From positions 10,060 through 74,059 of the forward strand of contig JAFQPI010000014.1 in NCBI GenBank assembly GCA_017411805.1: DNA of 64,000 nucleotides, written 5' to 3'. The translations under genes and the position numbers were made by a program. The stretch's first letter is position 1. Each line of letters opens with the position of its first letter. The stretch is from Clostridia bacterium (GTDB taxonomy: Bacteria; Bacillota; Clostridia; Oscillospirales; CAG-272). The notes below the pieces were generated by a model. The model saw only the letters and a program-made list of their open reading frames with translations. It ran no database searches and was not told where the DNA came from. Of this stretch, positions 40,075 to 50,096 are shown piece after piece.

Positions 40075-40128
40075 TAAAAAACACATAATCCGCATCCGAA
40101 TGATCCGGGTGCGGATTATGTGTTTTTG
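40075..40128. terminator. bidirectional terminator
   Basis: A-run, ACACATAATCCGCA...TGCGGATTATGTGT, then T-run. Confidence 0.8.
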
Positions 40129-40131
40129 ATA

Positions 40132-42117
40132 TTATTTAAAGAATTCTCCGATATTTACTATCTCGGTGCCGACGTAATAAGCACGGATGATCTGATCGTA
40201 GGTTGCTCCTGCTTTTGCAAGGTGGAGGATTCCGTACTGGCTCGCTCCGACTCCGTGGCCCCTGCCCATGCCGGCAAGAACGTAATTATCGGGATCGCCG
40301 GCCTTGATGGTGTCAACGATATCACGCACCTCGGAAATGATAAGGAAATCTCCGAAGTTCGATACGATCGTGTAATATCCGTTTGCGTCCGGCATTGTTG
40401 AGACCGGGATATCTACGTCAGACGCCGTAAGCACGGCAGTTCCGTCCTTGGTCTTCGCAAAAAGGGCGGCGGAGGCATCGTCGATGGCTTTTCCTATATC
40501 GGTAAAGAAGTTGAGAAGAGAAATCTCTCCCTTTACGGTTCCTTTATCCGTATAGACACTGACCTCTCCTGTATAAGTGCCCTTGAGATTGACTATGGTG
40601 TTCTCGATAACGTCCGTACGTTTGTATGTAAGCTCGCCTTTGGCTATGGTGAAATTTGCCGATCTGACGTAAGAGCCAAAGAGGGATTTTACCCTTGCGC
40701 TTCGCGTGGCTGTGGCGCTATTGCCCTTTTCATCGATTCCCGTGAAGCTGTAGAGATAGGGAGAGTCGTCGCTTGTCTGATAGGAAATCTCAACGATTTT
40801 GTTACCTTGGATCGATGAATAGCCGGCGTTTTTGAATTGTGCGGCAAGCTCCTCGGGGGTAAGCTCGGCGGTCCACGTACCGTTTTTGATATCGCAGTAG
40901 TCTTCCCAAGGGGTCGGTTGGTTGGTCAGATAATCAAGAGTTCCGCCCCAGGCGTATTGAGATGCTACCGAATATCCGCCCTGCGACGAAGAATACGACG
41001 CGGTCGCAATTTTGTTGCCGTGGACCATTATCTGATTCTTCGTTGCTTCTACCGCCTCGATTACCGAGTTTGTGACGAGTCTGCGTCCTTGATATACCTG
41101 ACAGCAGGAGGTGCAGCAGATATCAAAGCCGTAGGCAGAATAGTGATGGTTCAGATTTGCCATGGCAAAGGAACGTACCATGATCGAAAACGCCTTGAGG
41201 CTCTCAAGCGGCCAGGTGCTCGAGATCTCATGAGGAACGACGCCCTCGACGTACGCTTGCATTTCAACGAGGTTGATCATTGAAAGGCCTTCGTTTCCCT
41301 CGGACAGGTATCTCTTGAAGCAGAAGACTCCGTCGTAAAGATATGAGGTCTGCGAATAGTAAAGGTACGAATAATCGGTGTTTTCCTTTTGTACGGCAGC
41401 TACACCGCTGCAGAAGCCGTCGCTTCCTGAATATTCGAAAAGAATGGTATCGTAATCCGAATTAAGATAGCATACGCCGGAGGACGAGGGGGACGCAACG
41501 GAGATCTTGAATCCGTCAAGCATCGTTGCTACTGCTGCTGCGGCGGCGTTGGCTTCGGAATAATTCGGAAAAGCTCCGATGCGCAGAGTTTTCTTTCCGT
41601 TGATATAGGCAGGAAAAACGTGACCGTAATCCGCGGAGAAGATATCGGTAAGGTCGCCGAGATTTTTCCAGATCTCTCCTTCTGCGAGAGAAAGCTCAAC
41701 GTGGTAGCCGCCGATATCGGTCTCTTCCTCGCTTTTTGCGATCTCACAGGTCTCGTATCCGACGGTAAGGTTAGTGTCCACCACGGCTGCGATGTCTGTT
41801 TCCGTTATCGAATAAACGGGCGTGAAGTTATGCGCGGTTTTGCTGATTTCAGCCTCACCGAATACGAATCCGTTCGGAGAGGTTATGGGGTGAAGCGGAA
41901 ATGCGCTCGTGCCGTATCTGATTCCGACGGCGATACGGAAATCCTGAGACGTCTTTTCGGTACTGAATTTGTAGCTATCAAGCGGGAGCGCGGAGGTGCT
42001 GAGCGAAAACGCCATAGCTACGTACACGGCGCCAATGAGTGTCACGAGTGAAAGCATACATGCTAATATGCGTATGGCAAGCCTCCTGCCCCTTGCGCGT
42101 TTATTACGGCTTGACAA
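40132..42117 (-). CDS. SpoIID/LytB-domain protein
   Basis: SpoIID core YVEGVVPHEISSTWPLESLKAFSIMVRSFA...CCQVYQG. The preferred start is TTG at 42117, 9 nt after GGGAGGTG. The ORF-track start is 42156. Confidence 0.8.
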   Translation of the reverse strand: MSSRNKRARGRRLAIRILACMLSLVTLIGAVYVAMAFSLSTSALPLDSYKFSTEKTSQDFRIAVGIRYGTSAFPLHPITSPNGFVFGEAEISKTAHNFTPVYSITETDIAAVVDTNLTVGYETCEIAKSEEETDIGGYHVELSLAEGEIWKNLGDLTDIFSADYGHVFPAYINGKKTLRIGAFPNYSEANAAAAAVATMLDGFKISVASPSSSGVCYLNSDYDTILFEYSGSDGFCSGVAAVQKENTDYSYLYYSQTSYLYDGVFCFKRYLSEGNEGLSMINLVEMQAYVEGVVPHEISSTWPLESLKAFSIMVRSFAMANLNHHYSAYGFDICCTSCCQVYQGRRLVTNSVIEAVEATKNQIMVHGNKIATASYSSSQGGYSVASQYAWGGTLDYLTNQPTPWEDYCDIKNGTWTAELTPEELAAQFKNAGYSSIQGNKIVEISYQTSDDSPYLYSFTGIDEKGNSATATRSARVKSLFGSYVRSANFTIAKGELTYKRTDVIENTIVNLKGTYTGEVSVYTDKGTVKGEISLLNFFTDIGKAIDDASAALFAKTKDGTAVLTASDVDIPVSTMPDANGYYTIVSNFGDFLIISEVRDIVDTIKAGDPDNYVLAGMGRGHGVGASQYGILHLAKAGATYDQIIRAYYVGTEIVNIGEFFK

Positions 42118-43072
42118 TTGTATAGTCACCTCCCAGCATGAAATACGCTCCTTCAAGCGAGGTTACGGTTACGCCTCTGCCGTCCTTACCGCCTCGCGGT
42201 ATCATTATACTGTTGAAAAGCGGAATATTATCACCGTTGTAAAGATCTTTTCCGTCGGTAAGGTCGTTAAGTCCCTGCATGGTTCCGGGATCGGTGTAGG
42301 GAGAGACCGCAACTGCGGAGCCTGAGCGGAGAATGAGCATTACTGTGTCGTCGCTGTCGGAAGCTATAACGGTCGCTCCATAGGGAACGAATACCGATTC
42401 ATATACCTTTCCGAGTTCGGCAAGAACGTTGCTCAGCTGATTCTGAAGCTCCTTGACCTGATTCTTGAGCACGGTTATATCACCCTTTGAGGAGGTAAGA
42501 TTGTTGACCTTGTAGGTTACCGTTTCAAGCTTGGTCGAAATATCCGCGATCTGCTGGAAGTTCTTTTCAAGTGTGATCAGATCGTTCTTCGTGGAAGTGA
42601 TCTGATTCTGGAGATTCGTGATATCGGACGAAAGTGCCGATATCGAATTTTTCATGGTCTCGTAATCGGTGGAAAGCTCGTCAATAAGAGAGAGAAGCTC
42701 GTTTTTGGCATTCTTGATATCGTTTTTGAGCGAGCCGTTTTCTGCTTCAAGCTCCTCGTTTGCCTTTTCAAGCTCTTCAATACGCCTGAGTATGTCGGCA
42801 AGCTGTTCCGCGCTGATATTCGCGCCGGTAGATTCACCCTCGGAAGGTCCTGCTATTTCAAGCAGAGTTAAGCGTGAATCAAGCGAATTGATGGATTCGC
42901 GGATGGTCTTTATAACTGAGTCTACGTATGCGACCATTCCGGAATACGCAACGACCGGATCCTTCGAGCTGTCATAGCTGACTGCGGCGTAAACCGCAAG
43001 AGAAGAAACCGATGCAAGCATCAGCGCGAGAAGGAGAATGGCTCCTCTTTTGAATTTGTTTTTAAACTTCAT
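42104..43072 (-). CDS. secreted coiled-coil protein, function unknown
   Basis: Signal peptide followed by a long heptad-rich segment (LEKANEELEAENGSLKNDIKNAKNELLSLIDEL...). The C-terminal domain is globular. Confidence 0.65.
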   Translation of the reverse strand: MKFKNKFKRGAILLLALMLASVSSLAVYAAVSYDSSKDPVVAYSGMVAYVDSVIKTIRESINSLDSRLTLLEIAGPSEGESTGANISAEQLADILRRIEELEKANEELEAENGSLKNDIKNAKNELLSLIDELSTDYETMKNSISALSSDITNLQNQITSTKNDLITLEKNFQQIADISTKLETVTYKVNNLTSSKGDITVLKNQVKELQNQLSNVLAELGKVYESVFVPYGATVIASDSDDTVMLILRSGSAVAVSPYTDPGTMQGLNDLTDGKDLYNGDNIPLFNSIMIPRGGKDGRGVTVTSLEGAYFMLGGDYTIVKP

Positions 43073-43093
43073 ATTTTACCTCGGTTTTGTGGT

Positions 43094-45331
43094 TCAGATG
43101 TCGAGCTTGATCTGCATCTTGTCGATGTCCTTCTCAACTAAGAGAACGGGGGTTGCGGGGATCTTGGTCTTTTTGTATCCCTTTGTGGATTCGAATTTAT
43201 CTCCAAAGTCCTTCAGTACGCTTGCGACGGTCGCATCCTTCTTGAGAAGCAGGAGCTGCGAGCCTGCGGCGGTTCGGGTGGTCTTGAGCGGGATGAGATT
43301 GGTAGAGAGGACTATTGCACGGTCGGCTGTTGTGATGATGAGCAACTCGAAGGGAGTCTTATACTCCTCAAAGATGCCGACGATGGGCGAGACTGCGGAA
43401 TATGCACCCGTCATCTTGCGGCGCGTGCCCTTCACGGCGTAAGCCGAGAGAGGAACCTTTACGCCCTTACCGTTTTCAAATACGAAGACCATGTTTCTCT
43501 TGTCGTCCCAATCCTTATCCTCGCGGATATAGATCGGTTTTTCGCCGTCCTCGAATTTGAGCTTGGCGGGAAGGAATTCACCCATTTCGCTTGCCTTGCA
43601 GGGAGCGATATCGGCTGCCTTGAATCGGTAGAGCTGCGCCTTGTTTGTAAATACGGCGAGCTCTGTGATATTCTCACCGTCAAATTCGGCAAGTAGGCGG
43701 TCGCCTTCCTTATATCTCTGCTCGTCGTTTCCGCGGAGAGATTTATCGGTGATCTTCTTGAAATATCCCTCTGCGGTGAGGAAGAAGTGCGCGGTGTAAT
43801 TCTCAACGTGCTCCTCGGGACGGTAGACGTCGATGCTTTCGGCATTTGTGATCGTCGAGCGACGGGGCTGAGAATACTTTTTCTTGATCTCTCCGAGCTG
43901 CTTTGCGATCAGACGCTTCAGCTTGATCTCGTCTGCGAGAGTTTCCTCGAGGTCTGCAATCTCTTTGCGGAGAGAGTCGATCTCGTTGATGCGGTTGATG
44001 AGATATTCGCGGTTGAGGTAGCGGAGCTTGATCTCGGCGATATACTCTGCCTGACGCTCGTCGATCGAGAAACCACGGCAGAGGTTTGCAATGACCTCGG
44101 ATTCCTTCTGCGTGTTGCGGATGATCTTGATCGCCTTGTCGATGTCAAGGAGGATCTTTCCGAGACCGAGAAGGAGGTGGAGCTTATCCTTTTTCTTGTT
44201 AAGCTCAAATGTCAGCTCGCGCGAGAGACAGCCCTTGCGGAAGTTGATCCACTCGCGCAGAAGAGGAAGGACGCCGAGGGTCATGGGCGTTGAATTTATA
44301 ATGACGTTGAAATTGCAGGAGAAATTATCCTCAAGAGAGGTGGACTTGAAGAGCTTGAGCATGATAGCGTCGGGATCTGCACCGCGGCGGAGGTCGAGAG
44401 TCAGCTTGAAGCCCGAGAGGTCGATCTCGTCGCGGAAGTCGGTGACGTCGCGGAGTTGATTTGCTTTCATCATCTCGGCGATCTTCTTCATTATGATCTC
44501 GATCGAGGTCGAATAGGGGATCTCGAGGATGTCTATGCAGTTGGCTTCCTTGTCATAGCGGTATTTCGCGCGGATCTTTACGGGGCCTTCGCCTGTCTCA
44601 TAGACCTTCTTCATCGTATCGCGGTCGTAGATGATCTCTCCGCCTCCCGGGAAATCGGGCGCGGGCATGATCTCAAGAAGCTCGTCGACCGTAAGCTTGG
44701 GCGAGCGGAGAAGAGCGATAGTCGCGTCGCAGACCTCGGCAAGGTTGAAGGAGCAGATCCTCGATGCCATACCGACCGCGATACCCATATTGGGAGTTAC
44801 GAGGATATTCGGGAAGGTCGTGGGGAGAAGAACGGGCTCCTTGGTCGTGCTGTCGTAGTTGTCGACCATTTCGACGGCGTCCTTGTCGATGCCGACGAAG
44901 AGCTCAGAGGCGAATTTCTCGAGGCGAACTTCGGTATAACGCGATGCGGAGGGAGCCATATTCGAGCTGTACTGCTTACCGAACGCACCCTTTGAGTCAA
45001 CGAAGGGGTGGAGAAGCGCGGCATTATCGCGGGTCAGACGGACCATGGTGTCGTAGATCGCGGCGTCACCGTGCGGATTCAGACGCATCGTCTGTCCTAC
45101 GACGTTCGCGCTCTTGGTTCGCGGACCCGAGAGCAGACCCATCTTGTACATCGTGTAGAGCAGCTTTCTGTGCGAGGGCTTGAAGCCGTCGATCTCGGGG
45201 ATCGCACGCGACACGATAACGCTCATTACGTAGGGCATATAGTTTTTTTCTATCGTTTCAGTTATAGGCTGATCTGTGGCGGGGGCGGGAGGAAGCACCT
45301 CTGCGACTTCCGCTTTTTTCTTTCTTGCCAT
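43094..45331 (-). CDS. type IIA topoisomerase subunit A (ParC/GyrA family)
   Basis: FKPSHRKLLY, NPHGD and ASRYTE (active-site Tyr) motifs. 745 aa. No B-subunit gene is adjacent. Confidence 0.85.
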   Translation of the reverse strand: MARKKKAEVAEVLPPAPATDQPITETIEKNYMPYVMSVIVSRAIPEIDGFKPSHRKLLYTMYKMGLLSGPRTKSANVVGQTMRLNPHGDAAIYDTMVRLTRDNAALLHPFVDSKGAFGKQYSSNMAPSASRYTEVRLEKFASELFVGIDKDAVEMVDNYDSTTKEPVLLPTTFPNILVTPNMGIAVGMASRICSFNLAEVCDATIALLRSPKLTVDELLEIMPAPDFPGGGEIIYDRDTMKKVYETGEGPVKIRAKYRYDKEANCIDILEIPYSTSIEIIMKKIAEMMKANQLRDVTDFRDEIDLSGFKLTLDLRRGADPDAIMLKLFKSTSLEDNFSCNFNVIINSTPMTLGVLPLLREWINFRKGCLSRELTFELNKKKDKLHLLLGLGKILLDIDKAIKIIRNTQKESEVIANLCRGFSIDERQAEYIAEIKLRYLNREYLINRINEIDSLRKEIADLEETLADEIKLKRLIAKQLGEIKKKYSQPRRSTITNAESIDVYRPEEHVENYTAHFFLTAEGYFKKITDKSLRGNDEQRYKEGDRLLAEFDGENITELAVFTNKAQLYRFKAADIAPCKASEMGEFLPAKLKFEDGEKPIYIREDKDWDDKRNMVFVFENGKGVKVPLSAYAVKGTRRKMTGAYSAVSPIVGIFEEYKTPFELLIITTADRAIVLSTNLIPLKTTRTAAGSQLLLLKKDATVASVLKDFGDKFESTKGYKKTKIPATPVLLVEKDIDKMQIKLDI

Positions 45332-45368
45332 GTGTTACCTCAAAATCTATATAATCAAGTAATTGTTT

Positions 45369-46412
45369 TCAAAGTTGATCGGGATAAACGACGGTATGCG
45401 CGGCGGCGCGGATCAGGCGGTTATAGAGTGCCAGACCGAAGCCGTCGGTAGAGGGAAGATTGGCGTATACGCATCTGCCCTCGAGAGAATCACATTCGCG
45501 AAGCGCGGCAAAGAGACGGTGACCCTGAGCCTCAAGATCGTCCTTTTTGCCGACAGTAATGACGGAATGAGATTCAAGGTGCTCTGCCTGCTCGTCATAA
45601 CATATGATGACTGCGCCTTCCTTTTGCCTTTCGGCAAAGTAAGAGATACGCGCTTCTTCAGAACCACCGACGAGAGTCAGCGGTTTTTCCGGAGCGTAGT
45701 GTCGGTATTTTGATCCGGGACAGAGCGGACGTTCGTTTTCCTTGAGTTTGTTCATTACCGTGTCGGAAACTGTAACGTCGGAGCACACGCAGCAGAGCGC
45801 GTCGTAAGTGACCGCACCGGGGCGGAGAAGAATGAGAGAATCCTCGCCCGTGATCTTGACGATCGTCGATTCAACGCCGAAGGTGCATTCGCCGCCGTCT
45901 ATGATGCAGTCGACACGTCCGTCGAGATCCTCGATGACGTGCGCGGCGCAGGTTGGTGAGGGCTTGCCCGAGATGTTAGCGGACGGTGCGGCAACGGGAA
46001 GTCCCGTGAGCTCTATGAGCTTGAGCGCGACGGGATGGGCGGGACAGCGTACAGCGACGCTGTCAAGTCCGCCCGTTACCGTCAGCGGGATGGTGTCCTT
46101 TTTCGGAAGGATAACTGTCAAAGGACCCGGCATAAAATGGCGCGCAAGCCTATGCCAGAGCTTGTTTGTCTCGGCGTAGGGCTCAGCCTCCTCGGGCTTC
46201 GAGATATGAATGATGAGAGGGTTATCCGAGGGGCGTCCCTTTGCGGCGTATATCTTTTCCGCGCTTTCGCTGTGCGTGGCATCGCCGCCGAGACCGTAAA
46301 CGGTTTCGGTCGGGAAAACCACGGTTCCGCCGCGCTTCAGAATTTCGGCAGCGGGCGCCAGGGCTTCCGCGCTCGGATTTTCGGGGTCGACTTTGATCAG
46401 TAAGGTCTTCAT
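45369..46412 (-). CDS. tsaC: L-threonylcarbamoyladenylate synthase (Sua5/YwlC/TsaC)
   Basis: PTETVYGLG, KGRPSDNPLI and SANISG motifs, plus a Sua5 C-terminal domain. Confidence 0.85.
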   Translation of the reverse strand: MKTLLIKVDPENPSAEALAPAAEILKRGGTVVFPTETVYGLGGDATHSESAEKIYAAKGRPSDNPLIIHISKPEEAEPYAETNKLWHRLARHFMPGPLTVILPKKDTIPLTVTGGLDSVAVRCPAHPVALKLIELTGLPVAAPSANISGKPSPTCAAHVIEDLDGRVDCIIDGGECTFGVESTIVKITGEDSLILLRPGAVTYDALCCVCSDVTVSDTVMNKLKENERPLCPGSKYRHYAPEKPLTLVGGSEEARISYFAERQKEGAVIICYDEQAEHLESHSVITVGKKDDLEAQGHRLFAALRECDSLEGRCVYANLPSTDGFGLALYNRLIRAAAHTVVYPDQL

Positions 46413-46436
46413 AAAAAACTTCCGTAAATAATTGAT

Positions 46437-47507
46437 TTATTGATTTTCTCCGCGCAGTCTTTCGGCTGTGTCGGCGGCGATCAGAGCGTCGATCATCTCG
46501 CCGATATTGCCGTCCACGTAGGTGTCAAGGCTATGGAGAGTCAGACCGATCCTATGATCGGTGACGCGGTTCTGCGGGTAATTGTAGGTGCGGATCTTTT
46601 CGCTTCGGTCTCCGCTTCCGACCATCGAGCGGCGTGCGCCCGCGATAGCGTTTTCCTGCTCGGTGCGCTTCATATCGTAGAGCTTTGCGCGGAGCATAGC
46701 GAGGGCTTTGTCCTTGTTCTGGAACTGCGAGCGCTCCTGCTGGCACTCGATGACGATGCCCGTGGGCTTGTGAGTCAGACGGACGGCGGATTCGGTCTTG
46801 TTGATATGCTGACCGCCCGCGCCGCTCGACTTGCAGGATTCAAAGATGAGGTCGGCGGGGAGGATCTCGACCTCGACCGCGTCAGCCTCGGGAAGAACTG
46901 CAACGGTTGCCGCCGAGGTATGGATGCGTCCCTGCGATTCAGTCTCGGGAACACGCTGAACGCGGTGAACTCCCGATTCGAACTTGAATCGCGAGTATGC
47001 GCCGTCGCCCTCGATGGAGAAGGTGATCTCCTTGAAGCCGCCGCGGTCGGTCTCGTTGGCGTTGGCAACAGAGATCTTGAAGCCGCAGCTGTCGCAGTAC
47101 ATCGAATACATTCTGAAAAGCACCGCCGCAAAGAGCGCGGCCTCGTCGCCACCCGTGCCCGCGCGGATCTCGACGATGACGTTCTTGTCGTCGTTCGGGT
47201 CGCGGGGGAGGAGAAGGATCTTCAGCTTTCCGATCGAATCCTCAATCGTGGCCTTGGCTTCCGTGAATTCCTCTTGCGCAAGCTCGTGGAGCTCGGAAGC
47301 GGAGGAATCGTCAAGGATGGTGCGAGCCTCCTTTTCCGACTCAACAGCCGCGAGATAACGGCGGTATTCGTCGATTATGGGGGTGAGATTCTTGTATTCC
47401 TTGAGTAATTTGGTATAGCCTTCGATATCCGAGATCACCGCGGGATCCTCGAGGGATGCGGAGATCTCGGTATATTTTTCGTTTAATTTAGCGAGTCGCT
47501 CGAGCAT
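46437..47507 (-). CDS. prfA: peptide chain release factor 1
   Basis: GGQHINKTESAVRLTH (GGQ motif) and a PxT-type recognition region. Confidence 0.9.
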   Translation of the reverse strand: MLERLAKLNEKYTEISASLEDPAVISDIEGYTKLLKEYKNLTPIIDEYRRYLAAVESEKEARTILDDSSASELHELAQEEFTEAKATIEDSIGKLKILLLPRDPNDDKNVIVEIRAGTGGDEAALFAAVLFRMYSMYCDSCGFKISVANANETDRGGFKEITFSIEGDGAYSRFKFESGVHRVQRVPETESQGRIHTSAATVAVLPEADAVEVEILPADLIFESCKSSGAGGQHINKTESAVRLTHKPTGIVIECQQERSQFQNKDKALAMLRAKLYDMKRTEQENAIAGARRSMVGSGDRSEKIRTYNYPQNRVTDHRIGLTLHSLDTYVDGNIGEMIDALIAADTAERLRGENQ

Positions 47508-47510
47508 ATC

Positions 47511-48911
47511 TTAATAGCGATTGAATGCCGAGAAGCCGCGGTGTGCCTCGTAGAGGTCGACCTTCGAGATAACCTCGTAGGGAGCGTGCATAGCGATTAC
47601 GGGAACGCCGAGGTCAACGACCTCGATATTGTGCTTGGAGATGAATTTTGCAACGGTTCCTCCGCCGCCGAAATCGACCTTGCCGAGCTCGCCTGCCTGC
47701 CATACGACGTCGTCCTTAGCCATCATAGCGCGGAGTCTGCCGATGAACTCAGCCGATGCGTCGTTTGTGCCGCCCTTGCCGCGGGAGCCCGTGTACTTGG
47801 TTAGTACTACGCCGCAGGACATGAGGGAGGAATTGCGCTTCTCGAATGCTTCGCCGAAGTTGGGATCGAATGCCGCGGAAACGTCAGCGGAGAGACAGAT
47901 CGAAGCCGCGCGAACTGCCGCGGGAGATTCGTTCTGAGACTCGCAGACAGCGTCGATGAGGTCGAGGATGAGATCGCACTGCATACCCGAGTTGCCGTCG
48001 CTTCCGGTCTCTTCCTTATCAGCGAGGATGCACATCATAGTGTGGGGAGTGCCCATCTTGAGTGCCTCGAACATAGCGGTCATCGCGGGATAAGCGCAAA
48101 CGCGGTCGTCGTGGCCGTAAGCGCAGATCATCGAGCGGTCTAGTCCGACGTCGCGCGCGTTTCCTACGGGAACTGCGGAAAGCTCTGCGGAGAGGAAGTC
48201 CTCCTCGCAGATGCCGTACTTCTCGTTGAGAATGCGGAGGACGTTGAGCTTGATTCCGTCAGCCTCGTTTACGAGAGGACGGCTGCCGACGAGGAGATTG
48301 AGCTTTTCGCCGGGAATAGCCTCGCCGAGGGGCTTGCGGTCGTCATTGTGACCGAGGTGGGGAAGAAGATCGTTGATATAGAGAACGGGATCTGCGGGAT
48401 CCTCACCGATGGATACCCATACGCTCTCACCGTCAGCCTTGACTACAACGCCGTGGAGCGCGAGGGGAGTTGCTACCCACTGGTACTTTCTGATACCGCC
48501 GTAGTAATGTGTCTTGAGGAATGCCATGCCGCTGTCCTCATAGAGGGGAACCTGCTTGAGGTCAATGCGAGGGGAGTCGATATGTGCCGCGGAGATGCGG
48601 ATACCCTCGGTAAGAGACTCTTCGCCGATAGAGAAGAGGAAAAGATTCTTGCCGCGGTTGTTGTAATAGTACTTGCCGCCCTTCTTGATCTCGTCGCCGA
48701 AGGAATAGGGAACGAATCCCTCAGCCTCTGCGAGAGCGATGGAGGTGAGGACAGCCTCGCGCTCGGTCTTAGCGGCGTCAAGGTACTTTGCGTAGCCTAC
48801 TGCATAGTCGTAAGCAGCCTCGACGGCAGCCTCGTCACGGCGCTCGTAGACGGTTTTCTTTTTGTAGAGAAGCTCGCGTGCGGCTTCTGCGGAAGTTTTG
48901 AGTTCGCTCAT
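47511..48911 (-). CDS. M18-family aminopeptidase
   Basis: 466 aa. AHIDSP and GHDDR motifs typical of the M18/M42 fold. Confidence 0.75.
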   Translation of the reverse strand: MSELKTSAEAARELLYKKKTVYERRDEAAVEAAYDYAVGYAKYLDAAKTEREAVLTSIALAEAEGFVPYSFGDEIKKGGKYYYNNRGKNLFLFSIGEESLTEGIRISAAHIDSPRIDLKQVPLYEDSGMAFLKTHYYGGIRKYQWVATPLALHGVVVKADGESVWVSIGEDPADPVLYINDLLPHLGHNDDRKPLGEAIPGEKLNLLVGSRPLVNEADGIKLNVLRILNEKYGICEEDFLSAELSAVPVGNARDVGLDRSMICAYGHDDRVCAYPAMTAMFEALKMGTPHTMMCILADKEETGSDGNSGMQCDLILDLIDAVCESQNESPAAVRAASICLSADVSAAFDPNFGEAFEKRNSSLMSCGVVLTKYTGSRGKGGTNDASAEFIGRLRAMMAKDDVVWQAGELGKVDFGGGGTVAKFISKHNIEVVDLGVPVIAMHAPYEVISKVDLYEAHRGFSAFNRY

Positions 48912-48942
48912 GGTTTTATTTTCCTTTCAATTGATTCAAAAA

Positions 48943-49512
48943 TTAATTTGCGGATTCATATAGATCGCGGTAGATCTCTACCGTTTTTTCAAATTTGTCA
49001 ACGTATTTTTCGGTCTCGGGATCGGGAATGACCAGATCTCCCGCTTCATCGAGATTATCGGTATCCGAGAGCCAACCGTCAACCGTATCCTCACCTGCGA
49101 AAAGCGCGGAGAAAACGGTTCGCCAACTCTGATACTTTTCATAAAGCTTTGAGAGGCGATATGTGCCGAGATTGAGGTTTGTCTCGGGCTCGAAGAGAAG
49201 TCCCGAATCCTTTTGAATTCCGAGCTCTGCGGAAAGGATATCATATTCGTCTCTCGTAAGCTGCATCAGACCTATCCTGCCGTCATCCGAGACAAGGCTT
49301 GAATCGTAATCGCTTTCCATTTTTACGGTTGCATAAATGACAGAAACGGGTACGGCGTATTCGTAATAGCAGGATATGACGGTGTCGTTATACTGCCTCG
49401 GATATTCCTTCAAGCGGTATTGCGTGAATAATATGTCGTAGAGAAATCCGCATCCGACCGAGAGAATGAGGATCAGGAGGACGACGAGTGAATTTAGAAA
49501 TTTTCTGCTCAT
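48943..49512 (-). CDS. lytic transglycosylase (SLT) domain protein
   Basis: N-terminal TM helix. The catalytic block MESDYDSSLVSDDGRIGLMQL is present. Confidence 0.75.
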   Translation of the reverse strand: MSRKFLNSLVVLLILILSVGCGFLYDILFTQYRLKEYPRQYNDTVISCYYEYAVPVSVIYATVKMESDYDSSLVSDDGRIGLMQLTRDEYDILSAELGIQKDSGLLFEPETNLNLGTYRLSKLYEKYQSWRTVFSALFAGEDTVDGWLSDTDNLDEAGDLVIPDPETEKYVDKFEKTVEIYRDLYESAN

Positions 49513-50096
49513 TTGATTTCGTTCAGTATTTTCATTGCGGCTGCGCTGAGCTTGTCCGAGTCGCCGTTGTTGATGACGGTAAGGCTTGCGCGGGAAGAAT
49601 AAAATTCATCGCTCGGGGCGGCTGCCATTCTTGCGCGGAGGGCTTCAACCGGTCGGTTATCGCGCGCCCTGAGACGCTCAAGTCTTTCTTCGTAGGGCGC
49701 GAGAAGCGCGATTGTGAGATTGCATTCCTTTTCGTAACCCGCCTCAAAGAGAAGGGGAGCGTCGATGACGGCGCATTTTTTGTCAGTGCTGTTTATCGCT
49801 TTTCTCACCTCGGCGAGAACGAAGGCGTGCGTGATCTTGTTGAGCTTAGCTCGAAGCTTGTCCGCACCGGGAGCAAATACGATCTCGGCAAGCGCGGGAC
49901 GGCAGAGGCTTCCGTCCGGGTTGATGACGGAGGAGTCGAATTCCGCCTCAAGCGCGCGAGTGCAGTCGGAGGGAGAATCGACGAGGGTATGGTAAATTTT
50001 ATCGCAATCGAGATGCAGACAGCCGGCTTCCTCAAAGTATGAGCAAAAAAGCGATTTTCCCGCTCCGCTCGGTCCGGTTACTCCGATGACGGTCAT
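49509..50096 (-). CDS. coaE: dephospho-CoA kinase
   Basis: P-loop VIGVTGPSGAGKS. 195 aa. Confidence 0.85.
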   Translation of the reverse strand: MTVIGVTGPSGAGKSLFCSYFEEAGCLHLDCDKIYHTLVDSPSDCTRALEAEFDSSVINPDGSLCRPALAEIVFAPGADKLRAKLNKITHAFVLAEVRKAINSTDKKCAVIDAPLLFEAGYEKECNLTIALLAPYEERLERLRARDNRPVEALRARMAAAPSDEFYSSRASLTVINNGDSDKLSAAAMKILNEIK

